NCBI GenBank assembly: GCA_051362555.1
Contig: CM120645.1
Span: 2,046,001 to 2,110,000, forward strand
Length of the DNA stretch: 64,000 bases
Source: Lingula anatina
Lineage: Eukaryota; Animalia; Brachiopoda
Direction of reading: 5' to 3'
In this document: positions 34,201 to 46,686 of the stretch, in pieces
Numbering within the stretch: position 1 is the first letter of the stretch
Layout of the letters: the number at the start of each line of letters is the position of its first letter
Made by a program: the position numbers and the translations under genes
The notes under the pieces: generated by a model
Database searches by the model: none
The model's input: only the letters and a program-made list of their open reading frames with translations
Told to the model about the DNA's origin: nothing

Positions 34201-37200
34201 CTGTGTGTGTGTTTTGTGTGTGTGTGTCTGCACATTTTTGCGTGAATGTGTATGTGTGCCTGTGTGAACGGGCGTGTGTCCGTATGTTTGTGCATGTAAA
34301 CGTGTGTTTTTGTGAATACACACGCGTTTGTGTGTGATCACATCAGGATATATCATGACTATTACATATTTGCCATCATAATGGGCCACATAATTTTGCA
34401 TTGGGTGCAAAACTGAAAGTAAGATGTATAAAAGTATTGTCCCCTTTCAATATGGCTGTGATAATGCTTCAAATTACCACAGTAACGGTACACGAGTCCT
34501 TTTACACTGTATATTCTACGGCACTAGAAACCAACGTGAAGTTTATGTTCTATGCACCTTTTCTCACTATCTTTAAATATGTTTGTATTTTACAGTGCAA
34601 ATATTGTAAAGAAAAAAATATGTATATGAATAAATCTAATACATTTCATGTATTGTGAGTACTAAATCGGTGAAACCTTTTACTGCAGCATTCCTCGACG
34701 CCCTTTAGTTTATGGTAGCTAGGTCGTTTTGGTTTAGTGAAGTGAGCCTAGAATGTTTTATAATTGCATGGAGGAGTATTACTGTGAAATACATTGTTAA
34801 CAGTAATCATGCAGTTATTGTTTTTAAAATTTATATTATAAGTTGTAAAGGCTGGAAAATATTTTCTTATAACATTGACGATACTGTTTCTTTCTATAGA
34901 ATATGTTTCTTTTTAGGCGCCAAACTTAAAACAACGAAGCCAGATACCTGCTATCAGGTAATGTACATTTAGAACCTGTCGCTCTACATTGCGATCAACA
35001 TCTTGTTATAATCACTTAACAATTTCATGAATATTTGAATAAAAAGATTTCAAACTTTCCTATTCTTCCATACTCACGTAATATCTAAATGCAGAGACTG
35101 TTAGTAGTGTGAGGGACTGTACTAGTATGTCTGCAGACCCTGCGTGACTATTGTAACACTACACGCACTAAATACTTTCAGCCAGATTATACGAATAGTG
35201 GACGTCATATATAAGGCAATAAAATCATTGGTTATACCACGTTTTAATATTTTATATTATCTAGATGAGCTTTGAAATTATTTTCCATTTTTCAGGCACC
35301 TGTAATGAGTCCAACACACAAAAATCTGTTGGTGAAAATGAGGCCAATGCTTGTAGAAAATCTCCGAGTTGAGGATATAATTCGGGACATGGTAGCCACG
35401 AACATTTTCAGTAAAGACAATGCAGAAAAGGTAATGGCTAAAGAAACAGAAAATGATCAAGCTTTTGAATTTCTTCGTATTCTACCAAAATGTGGTCCTG
35501 GTGCATTTGAAACATTTGTTGAAGTGTTGAGAAATCACAATAAGATAGAACTTGCAGATAAGTTAGCAGACAAAGCGACTGCATACAGTAGTAAAAACCA
35601 AATAGCAAACTTCTACATCAATTACATGAGCCAGATACAGCGTCTTCCTTGGGACCCCGACGACACAATGCACTTAGATGAAGCCTATGTTAACCTGCAG
35701 TGGGTACAAGAAGAAAGGAAACCAGCAGGTACCTGTTCTGATCCAATCCAGAGTTATACATCAATATTTAAAGATACCAAACAAGGTACGAGACCAAAAA
35801 GAATATTGGTCAGAGGAAAAGCAGGCATCGGCAAAACCACATTTACACAGAAGATGGCAACAGACTGGGCAAATGCCACACTGGGTTTAGGAGAATGTGA
35901 TGAAGTCCTTTTAAGATATGAACATGTTTTAATAATAAATCTACGCAGCATTCAGCCTGGTCAAACATTGAAGGAAGCAATGGAAACACAAATTACTTAT
36001 CCTTCAGAAAATAGGAAAGCAGTGACAGATGAAGTCATGCAAGCTGTAGACTATGATAGTGACCATGTTCTCTTGGCCTTTGATGGTTATGATGAATATG
36101 ATATCAACACTTCCACAGAAATCACAGACATAATTTACCGAAGACGATACCAGGATGTGTGCACCGTCGTCACAACACGTCCGTGGAAGGCAGAAGAACT
36201 GATGAACAGACGAATAACGGACGGTGCGTATGAAATCACTGGGCTAACAGAGGACAACATAGCTGAATATGTTGCTAAATTCTTTGATGATCAAGAGACA
36301 TATGATAAGTACCTGGCATTTTCGAAATACTGTTTCGAAAGTACGGATGTATTGGATTCAATAGGGAAGGGTCTAGTGGGTTACCTAGGCGAAAAAAAGC
36401 TGATGTCTTTGGTGAAGATCCCAATACTTCTACTGTTCATTTGTCTTATGTGGCAAGAAGATCAAGAGAGTGATGCCCAGACAGATTCACTCCCAGCTTC
36501 ATACACACTGCTATACAAGAAACTAATACAGTTGCTTTTAAGACGAAGATACGGCATCAGGACACAGGTTGAAATGGAACAGTCTGCATTCGTTAAAAAT
36601 CTTGAAGAACAAACATTTATCAGCCTTGGCAAGCTGGCTTACGATGGACTGGTGAAACCAGATGGGGGTCTCATATATGATGAAAAGGACCTGCAGACGA
36701 TTCCAGATGTTAACGAATTGTACAGTTTAGGTCTACTTAGCAAGTGTAAGGTTCACAGTAACCTTGATGTTAAACACGAGGTAACTTTTCCACACAAAAC
36801 CATCCAGGAGTTTTTTGCGGCAAAATACCTGGTGGGGACATTAGACGAAAATGACAGTAATATTTTAGATCTTTTTTTGGAAAACATAGACACCCTTGAA
36901 GAACTCTATGACATGGACGTTGTGTTACGCTTTTTGTGTGGGTTTTCAAGGAAAGCAACTACCAAAGTGCTACGTAGAGGTAAAGGTCTTTACGACGAAG
37001 TTAAGAAACAAAGTGATAATAAAAGTGCGTATATGGCATATACTACGAGGTGCAGCGAGTTCTGTAATAATCTCCTCCTAGAAAACTGGTATGCCTACTG
37101 TCCCCAGGCAACAGTGCTGCCTCCTGATCTTTTCTTCTGGCTCACAGAGCTTTACATACCTGAATCACTTAAGCACTCTAATCCCAGATTCCAGCAGGTC

Positions 37201-38610
37201 TTGCGGGACAGTATGTGCAGTCCCCAGGTATGTTCTGGTTTGAATGCCATCACCGTTGATTTGGGGCCACGCACTCATTGGCGTGAAACACATCAGAAAA
37301 CATCTTTACTCAGTGAGTGTGACATGTTATGTAAACTAGAAGTGGTAGTGTGTCAGAATGTATGTGACATTTGTGATGACTGCAGATGTACCTTAAAGCA
37401 TGTTTTATCTAAAGCTCCTAATCTTCAAAGACTTGACATAGCTGGAAATTGTAGTGGAGCACTATCATCAATACCAAACCCTGGAAAACTGCTACATCTG
37501 GATGTCAGTGACATAAATGTTCAAGACTGCCAGGTGATCCAACAGATGCGGCACTTGAAGTACATTGATGTAACTGGGAAAATAGATGTAGGATCAATAA
37601 TGCCAAGAGAGCCACTTCCTCAACTGGGGGCAATACCTAATATCAGTCATGATTTGACTCATATCGATATTAGATTTACCCCTCTTAGTGCCGTGGGTGT
37701 ACAACTTCTGGGGAGGAACCTTCACCATGTGCCAGGGCTGGAACATCTGACACTGGTCTGTGTATTCATGTGGGGATCCAAATGTGGGCCTGACAGGTGT
37801 ACATGTCCTAGGGGTGAAGATACAACAGACTATGACAGGTGTAAATGTCCTAGGGGTGAAGATACAACAGACTATGACAGGTGTACATGTCCTAGGGATG
37901 AAGATACAACAGACTATGACAGGTGTACATGTCCTAGGGGTGAAGATACAACAGACTATGACAGGTGTACATGTCCTAGGGGTGAAGATACAACAGACTA
38001 TGACAGGTGTACATGTCCTAGGGGTGAAGATACAACAGACTATGACAGGTGTACATGTCCTAGGGGTGAAGATACAACAGACTATGACAGGTGTACATGT
38101 CCTAGGGGTGAAGATAACACAGACTATGACAGGTGTACATGTCCTAGGGGTGAAGATACAACAGACTATGACAGGTGTACATGTCCTAGGGGTGAAGATA
38201 CAACAGACTATGACAGGTGTACATGTCCTAGGGGTGAAGTTACAACAGACTATGACAGATGCCAGGATGTCTGTGAAGCCGTGCTTGAACTGAGCCAAGG
38301 TGTGATACACACCACTAAGCTGAAGTACTTCTCATTCAGTTTCAATTACTTGTCTACGTACCACGGTATCACCAGTCCACTGATAGCATTGATACAATCT
38401 CTCAGTACAGTGTCAGAGCAGACTGGAATGGAGATTGACATGTCCAATAATGGCCTGGACAGAGTTGACCGCCTCAGTGAGCTGATAGTAGCCATTGTTC
38501 ACTCTTACCAGCATGTATCAACTTGGGAGTTTTGGCATAATAACCTTAAAATGGTTCTCCCAAAGCCAGACGACAGTCTTAATTGTCAAGTGTCACATAC
38601 ATGGCCATAA
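30570..38610 (+). CDS. NLR-type protein: HEPN (DZIP3-like)-linker-CARD-NACHT-LRR, ~1441 aa
   Basis: Exons 30570-31260, 31675-31743, 33495-33599, 33744-33848, 34917-34957, 35296-38610 (TAA); phases 1,1,1,1,0 consistent; sum 4326 nt. HEPN: NYFRL..QQKDQLYP..DLDITLTVLLLRNI..W..RVKRYRNVEYAH. CARD: HKNLLVKMRPMLVENL..FLRILPKCGPGAFETFVEVL. Walker A GKAGIGKT (35815-35838), Walker B LLAFDGYDE, sensor-1 VVTTRP, WHD FPHKTIQEFFAAKYL, LRRs such as NLQRLDIAGN and KLLHLDVSD. Confidence 0.88.
31930..32140 (+). mobile_element. SINE-like fragment (Nin/Deu-domain-like core) in NLR intron 2
   Basis: Core AGCGCCTCATACGGCAGCGGGGCTGTATCCTCCCCAGTGAGGTGAGAT resembles the conserved central domain of invertebrate Nin-type SINEs; recognised from memory only. 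Confidence 0.4.
37792..38253 (+). repeat. Coding minisatellite, 11 x 42 bp, encoding DRCTCPRGEDTTDY inside the NLR LRR region
   Basis: Unit GACAGGTGTACATGTCCTAGGGGTGAAGATACAACAGACTAT; single-base variants in units 2, 3, 8 and 11 only; in frame. Confidence 0.97.
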
Positions 38611-39754
38611 ATGTGCAGCATTCACGCGATACGCGAGGGCGCAACAGTAGGGCTTCACGGACTCAGCTAACCAATCACAGCACAAGAATGGCATCGCACA
38701 CAGACTCTGTGATAAGTGCTCAGCCCATTGTCAAGTAGTGTTAGTTCATGGTAACAGGCGTCTGATATGTGCAGAGAAGTTTATTATTATTATATATATT
38801 GTTCTTATTGTTACATTATTAAATCTAACTCTGTATCCAAGTAGTAACTATACTGTACCAAGTCAGGTACTGATGATGTACAGAGGTCATATATTCCAGA
38901 ATAAGCCATTACCACTGACTTTAATTTTTGTTTGATATGTTATTCATGAAAGAGTTAATGAAAGATTATTTTAATTTGTTAAATCGTGATCTTATTCTTT
39001 TTATATTCAAATAATTGAATAATGTGGGTACAATTGGTCTTCCACTTCTTATTTGCATTTTTTCCTTTACTACAAGATTATTTTGGAACAGTTGCAGCAT
39101 TAAAAATTAAAATAAATAGCAATCTGAAAGAAGAATTTTGCATAATTATTAAATGATGATAGGAATTTTGGATCAAGAGATTAGTTAAATACTGAGTAGT
39201 GATATTGTCAGTCAATTTATGTAGAATCTGATAATATGATTAAAAATCTTGATTGAATTCTTGGCCTTGCACTGGGCAGTTTTACATTTGTGCCAAGTGC
39301 TTTTTTGGACTCCATTGTACAATGGTAAAAGTTATTCAATTGCCATGAAAGTTTTTAATCAGACTCTATATGGTGCTGCTATCTGCTGGTGCTATCGGTA
39401 ACGAATTAATTTGCCTTTGTTTCTGAGTGAATCTACCGTCTAAACTCACTATTACTGAAAATATTTGCGTTTTGCTGAGGGTAGGCTAGGCAATACACGG
39501 CGAACTTCTCAGTATGTACAACAGAATTTTTTTAAAAACCCTATCGATATTTGGTCAGGAGTTGCTTGAAGCATAGCACAACGTTGTTGTCTATGGGCAT
39601 CAGGCCGTTAGTTTGTCATAATCTCACGAATTACCCACGAATCGCGAACCCATTCATTTTCCTATGGCAATCTAGCAACTCATTAAAAATGCACGCATGC
39701 GCAGTGGGCTAGGCGTGACGTCATGCAGTCCATTTCTGATGGATGAATATTTTT

Positions 39755-40475
39755 CAGTAGGACACATACTGTCGATGCGGAGTGATATAACGTCGTTTTC
39801 TCGCGCCAGGACGTAACGTCGGGCTCAAATTTTGTAAAAATTTAAACTTGGTCGAAGAATAGCTATATACTCTAAATAAATGCATTCTTAACAAGTCTAA
39901 TACGATATTATGATTGTTGGGTATGTAGACTTCATATTCATGTACACTTCTATTGAAATTATGTAGTTTAGAGCGAGCTTGCGTTCGTCAAAGTCGCACT
40001 GAGCGGTAAAATTTGACCTTGGCAACATCGTAACTTTGGTCACTATTCCTCAACCAGAGAGTGTGCGGGAAATTCCCTTCAAAATCGAAAACCTGGATAT
40101 ATATTCGACCATTTTATTAATTTTAAGCCAATTTCGTATTTGGAAACAATTTCCTCGCAATATAGTCCCTCGCTATACAAAAGCATTTTCGGACACGTAA
40201 AATTTTCAGTTTTCTGGATTCGGAGAAAAATAACTGTAACTCTGTACAGTGCATTGACAAAAGCTTACAGTTTTTCAATAGACGGATAACTCGTCGTTTA
40301 GTCTCTAAAATATGGAAAGTCAATTCACTGTAGTTTTTTCGCAAAGTTTATTTATTTCAGACGTACGCATTTTTCATCGCGCCGCTTTTTTTGGCGCTAT
40401 TTCGTGACGCGGATGTACCAAAAAATCCATGACGTTTCAAATCACACCTAAATCCTGACAGTATGTGTCCTACTG
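39755..40475. mobile_element. Non-autonomous TIR DNA transposon, short form (721 bp)
   Basis: Perfect 19-bp TIRs CAGTAGGACACATACTGTC / GACAGTATGTGTCCTACTG; flanks TTTT / TTTA. Confidence 0.9.
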
Positions 40476-40597
40476 TTTAAGCATAAAGCTTCTAAGTGGA
40501 AACCTGAACATACATGTATGTGTTAAGTCTCGTTCACATATGAAAAATGAAGTTTATTTCTATAGATGTGACTGCTGTAGTACAGTTCTGATATTTG

Positions 40598-43500
40598 CAG
40601 TAGGACACATACTGTCGATGCGGAGTGATATAACGTCGTTTTCTCGCGCCAGGACGTAACGTCGGGCTCAAATTTTGTAAAAATTTAAACTTGGTCGAAG
40701 AATAGCTATATACTCTAAATAAATGCACACTTAGCAAGTCTAATACGATATTATGATTGTTGGGTATATGGACTTCATATTCACGTACACTTCTATTGAA
40801 ATTATGTAGTTTAGAGCGAGCTTGCGTTCGTCAAAGTCGCACTGAGCGGTAAAATTTGACCTTGGCAACATCGTAACTTTGGCCACTATTCCTCAACTAG
40901 AGAGTGTGCGGGAAATTCCGGATAAGAGATAACGTATCTTTTAATCAATGTTGTATGTATAAAGAATTATTAAAATCCATCTTTGGAAAATGTTGCAGAA
41001 TTTTTTTGTACCAAAAATCGTGCAAAATCCAGGTTTTTGCGTCATCCATGACCCAAGACGGGCCTAACTCGGCGTTTGTTTACATTTGCAGATGTACTTT
41101 ATTTTGGCGATTATCACCGGTTATTTTGGATATTATTACAGTTTTCAATTGATAGTCAAACAATGCGTGTCAGTTTTATATCTAACTTGTAAATTTAATA
41201 TTGTTGCACCTTCTTTTTCTATGCCCTACTACCTTGCATATGTTTCAATGTTACTTATGAAATTATGTAGGTAATTGAACATTTCTGAATCAAAAACTTA
41301 AGTTTAAAATAAAACAAAGTTGTTTTTCTTTATTTTGCTCAGACAAATTCATCGTTTCTTAAATGAATATTTTAAAGGGTTAACAACTGTTTGTAGATTC
41401 ACATTTAAGAATAAATAGTGTAAAGAACCCATAGGAATACAATATATATTCCATTTTACCACCAAAATGGTAGTTTTCACAATTATTTTGGAAACTGTTC
41501 TTGCCATCCAATCACATTGTGGCTGTACTCTGTAATAATCTTTTGAAATATTAAAATTAATTAAAAAATTACAGTACAGACTAATTTTGAATGTCAAAAC
41601 CGATTGGTAACTATTGGTAAGAAGGGGGAAATTGTCATTTACTCCAAGAGAATCCATTTTGGGCTGATATGAACAGTTACCTCTTTTATAGTCAATAAAA
41701 AACAGAGGGTAAAAAAACAACAGGATATAATTTTATTTTCAAAACAATGGTACAAGTATACATGCACAGGAAGTCCATATGCATGGGCGCTAGTAAGAAT
41801 TCACAAAGTGTGTAAAAATGTAAAAAATACATAAATTAAAACAAAAAATATTTCCAAAATTAATAAAATTTTCACTTTCATTGCACTAGGTTGAACTTAA
41901 TGATTTTCCTATTTTTTTTTTTTTCTGAAGAAATTTTTATACATGTTCCGTCTTCAAATGCATTATCTCAAAATACATTAGCTATCCTTTTAAGACTTAA
42001 AATAAGAGAAAAATATGATGATCACCAAGGACAATTATGTCTTTATTCAAAACAGTTCCATATGCTTGTATTTGATATCTGATATTAAAATATGGGAATA
42101 TGTAACTTGCTTCCTAAAAGGGCTCTACCTGTATCTGTGAACACCAGGCATTATATACTGGATATAAATGGATGTGGACTGTAAATATATTCAAAATACC
42201 TCTTTTACTATTCTGTCATTTTTTTTTCTTTTTAAATTCTTGTTTGAATGTGAAAAGCAGTCTGGCTCCTGGGAGTCCAATTAGAAAAAATGTGTCCATA
42301 ATAACACTTGTTTGCAACACTGCCATCCAATTATCTTAAAGAAATACCACCAAACTCCTATTTCTTTTTAAAAATTCAATTTTTATGTTTCAAAAAATGT
42401 AAGTGCTGCCAAAGAATACTTTGATAACCAATTTTCACTAGGGCTTGGTGACAGTTTTTTTAATATGACTAATAGGAATGCATGATAATGATGCAGCATA
42501 TCATCGTGATCACTTTTCAGGGCACTTCAAAGCCTGGCAGAGATTCTGTAATATCTGAAAAAACTGTTCTTCTTTTATCTGGAAAAGAAAATCAGAATAA
42601 ATTCAGAATTTACAATATCCATGCAACTAAAAGTAAAAACAATCTGTTTACACCCATTTTCAATATATAGGTCCATTTAACATAAAAAAAAAAATTGACT
42701 AACAATGAGCGAGGGACAGAAGATATGTCCAAGTTAGTGGTACTTCACTAACACAAGTCTAGGAACTCACATAATAAAATAATAATTACTGGCTATATCT
42801 TTTTTCATACAGAAAACGTAAATGGATTATATTTTAAACCTTTATTACTGTTGATCTTAGAACCATATAACATTCTCCAATAGATCTACTTCATTTTAAC
42901 TTTAGTAAAAAATCTACAACTTTCATTTTCATACCTGTACTAGCTAGTCATGGATTTTAAAATTTTCAATGATTTATAAAATAAACCCTACACTTTCAAA
43001 TGGACCTTTATACTGAAAATGAGTGTTAACTGATCATGAAAAAAGCTCATATTACATAAATACTTCTACCATTCTACATGTATATCCAAACATCTTTTTC
43101 CTTACATCAATGTTAGAAAGTTTTTAAAATTTTATCAGCCTGAAAAAAAGACAAGGGAAATGTTAAATCTTGCCAAATACTCCCCTGACCTATTGCTAAT
43201 TATTACAAATAAAAGGCGATGTATTCATAATACAATCAATATATACAACTGTCAAGCACATTATCTATACTTCACATGACAGGTGCTTGCAATGCTACGT
43301 TATACAGCTACAGTACACGTACGTACTAAGGCATATGTCGTTATGTAATATTAGTATTCTAAATAACACTAGATCAAAAGTTAATCTTAAACTGAACTGT
43401 AGTCGGAGTTAGATTACTCTGAATGAGCCTGCGTCGGTCACACGGTGCACATTTTAACAACAAATCTACAAGATACAATGTATAACAAATGTGTTTGATT

Positions 43501-44561
43501 ATGTACAGTATGTAGTGGAGCGAAACTAGCACATTTCTCGTAATAAAAAGCATTTATATATATTTTACAATCTAAATAATTTGCATACGTACCTGATAAT
43601 GAGTCTCTGACATGCTATAAATATGTGGGTTCCATATTTCAGCAAGGATAAAAATCATAACTTGCCGCACAACCTACTTCACCTGTCCCTGCCTCGTGGT
43701 AAATTGCGGGGTTTCGTTGGAAAGCACCTCAGTTCACCTCTCGTTTAGTGGGCGGGATTTCGGTAAATTTACTAAATTTGTATTAAGTTTTTGGTCTTTG
43801 ATAAAAGAAATGTTTATTCTGTTTCTTAAACTTATATTTGACTTAATATGGGTCTATAAAGGTGCATTTTAGCACCCAAATCTGCGCGTCACATGATTTG
43901 TATCACATGACTTTTTTGAACTTCCACAGTTCAAGGTAAAAAAAATACTGTCGTAGCAAGTTATGGAACATCATTGCTTTGTGTGAAAATTGAGGTTAGT
44001 CACTAACTTTTTTGGATGAATAAACGTAATTTTAAGTTCGGGAAATGAATGAGATGTGCACTCTTATTGGAGGTGCCTCAGGGGAGAAATTTTGCTCTGT
44101 TTTTTCACAACTTTTCTGATTTTCTGTCGAGACTTCTTAACCAGAGAGTGTGCGGGAAATTCCCTTCAAAATCGAAAACCTGGATATATATTCGACCATT
44201 TTATTAATTTTAAGCCAATTTCATACTTGGAAACAATTTCCTCGCAATATAGTCCCTCGCTATACAAAAGCATTTTTGGACACGTAAAATTTTCAGTTTT
44301 CTGGATTCGGAGAGAAATAACTGTAACTCTGTACAGTGCTTTGACGAAAGTTTACAGTTTTTCAATAGACGGATAACTCCTCGTTTAGTCTCTAAAATAT
44401 GGAAAGTCAATTCACTGTAGTTTTTTCGCACGGTTTATTTATTTCAGACGTACGCATTTTTCATCGCGCCGCTTTTTTGGCGCTATTTCGTGACGCGGAC
44501 GTACCAAAAAATCCATGACGTTTCAAATCACACCTAAATCCTGACAGTATGTGTCCTACTG
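40598..44561. mobile_element. Non-autonomous TIR DNA transposon, long form (3964 bp), same family
   Basis: Same perfect 19-bp TIRs; TTTG on both sides (4-bp TSD); ends near-identical to the short form; ~3.2-kb AT-rich interior with no transposase ORF. Confidence 0.9.
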
Positions 44562-45688
44562 TTTGCATCACCGAGCAATGCTAAAGCATGCCTTGGTCTA
44601 ACAGTGTTTCAGTATTCAATATTTATGCATCTTACCCAGACATACCCTAGGTTCTAGATTCCGGTATTGCCAGCTCGATCTTGATTTCATATGTAACCCA
44701 TGTCGTAAAAGCGACTCCACCACGAGGTATATTTAGCAAGCTAGCTTTTACGTTGCTCTGACACTCAGGGTACCCAGACACTGATAGTGTAGAAATATTA
44801 GGAGTATTCAGCTGTTACATTATATCTGTTACATTGTATCTTATTGTCAGCCTTCAACATCTACTGGCATAGTGCATTCCAAATCATTGTGTAAATAAAA
44901 CTTGATACAATTGTAAATAATCGTTACATTGTTTTTCTGGTCAATAACGATCTGTACATATTACTATGGATCATAACATGTTAAGACACATGTTGGTTAT
45001 GATAAATGTTTTGACTCATTTATACATGTATAAACATAAAGCCTTATTTGGATATGAAATGGTGTGCTGATTGTACTACTGTACATTTTTTTTTATCTAA
45101 TATTGTTTTCATTACACATATATTTACATTATACACACACGTGCAGTGTCTAAGTGTATGTGGAAATATTATGTACTAAAATGTACATGTATATCAATGA
45201 ATAAGATGGGTTTTTATTAAGGAATTAGATGGCTTATTTATTTATGTATTATTTTGTTTGTTGACTTGACATACAGCTGTTCATGAAATTTTAGTGTCTT
45301 TGTGAACAATAAAGTGTAAATGTGTATATCACGATGTGTGTACAAGTTGGATGGGTGGAATGTATGGTTGTTAATTTACCTGCTTTTTATACATTTAGAA
45401 TAAAACGTCATGTGTTTGACATATTATATAGGTTCATTATGTTGAAACTATACACGTAATTAGCTGTTGACACACAATAAAATGTAGGATTCAAATTAAG
45501 CGTACTTATGGGTTTTTATCTGTACATAATGCCGATTATACAGGTATCAAACTTGAAGGTAATTATAGTTTGTTTAGATAATTTTTGAAAGTCGAAGTTT
45601 TATGGGACAATATCTAGTTATGGATTAACATAAAAAGTCTTATAACAATTTCCTATTTTTTTCATGAAAGAACATCTGATTGACACCT

Positions 45689-45720
<32 letters not shown>

Positions 45721-46686
45721 GTTGTTCCTTTATTAATCCTTACCCATTTATCTTTTTTGTTGTTTCGTCTAAGTTTTGGACAACCAAAGGGTCCCACCTT
45801 TTGTATAAGTGCTTTGAAGAAAAATAAATTGAGTTATTTACATTTTTAAAAAAGTAAATTTTGGTATGGAGTAAACGCATTTTTAAATTGATGTAAAATG
45901 TACATATTGACAAAAATTTTTCTTGGTAATATTTTCTTGGTAAATACTTGAATTCAGTTTTAAAACAAACAGCAACTGCAGTATGGTGTGGTTTTAATAT
46001 GTAATTCTATGACCGTCAATCAATATCATTTGGAGTATGTACAACTAAAGAAAAAGTGATTTAATAAGTAACCTAGTGCAGACCGAACAGGGAGTAATAA
46101 AATTATTTAACCCTCAATCACCTTTCAGGGGCCTCGCGGGCCCGGACCCATGTATCTTTTGCTCTCTCTTCGTTCGCATGAGGTTTTGAGCCTGTTCCTT
46201 TCATGTAATCCTCAAGCAACTTATACCCCATCAATGGATAAATAATTAGTTTTGAAATAATTTACAACATATGTAGAAATTAACTTTTCCAAAAGTTAGT
46301 CCCATTTCCTGGAAACCGGGCCTCTTAGGCCCGGTCGCTTGATAATTTTACTTCCACATGGGATAAATAAGTCCATGTTACCTCAAATAGCTTTGCTATA
46401 AAATGTTTTATACAAGCAATATCATGTGTGCTATGACTATCAGTATGGTCAATGAAATCTGCCTGTGAAAGATTCAAGACCTGGAGAAATTATTATTTAT
46501 GAGTAATCGGTCACCTTGGTCACCTGATATGCAGATATCAGTTTAAATCTATCATTATTACATACCTGATAGACTGCGCTACCTTTGCGAAACTTTCCAT
46601 TTTGAGAAAAAAAAAACGTTTTTCTGCATTTTCCATACACAGTGTATACCCATGCATCCAGGTGGAGGTAAAGGGAGCAAGGGACT

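Noticed and set aside
34195-34336. Cys/Val-rich ORF in an NLR intron
   Set aside because: Degenerate (TG)n microsatellite.
37792-38253. CRISPR-like appearance of the 42-bp array, which has short internal palindromes
   Set aside because: Units are head-to-tail with no unique spacers, there are no cas genes, and the array is in frame in a eukaryotic exon.
37594-38310. Overlapping ORFs of 238 aa (-) and 177 aa (+) across the repeat
   Set aside because: By-products of a stop-free 42-bp unit; both close soon outside the array.
40123-44431. Near-identical 73-aa minus-strand ORFs at 40123-40344 and 44210-44431
   Set aside because: They lie in the duplicated transposon end, start at non-ATG codons and match no recognisable domain.
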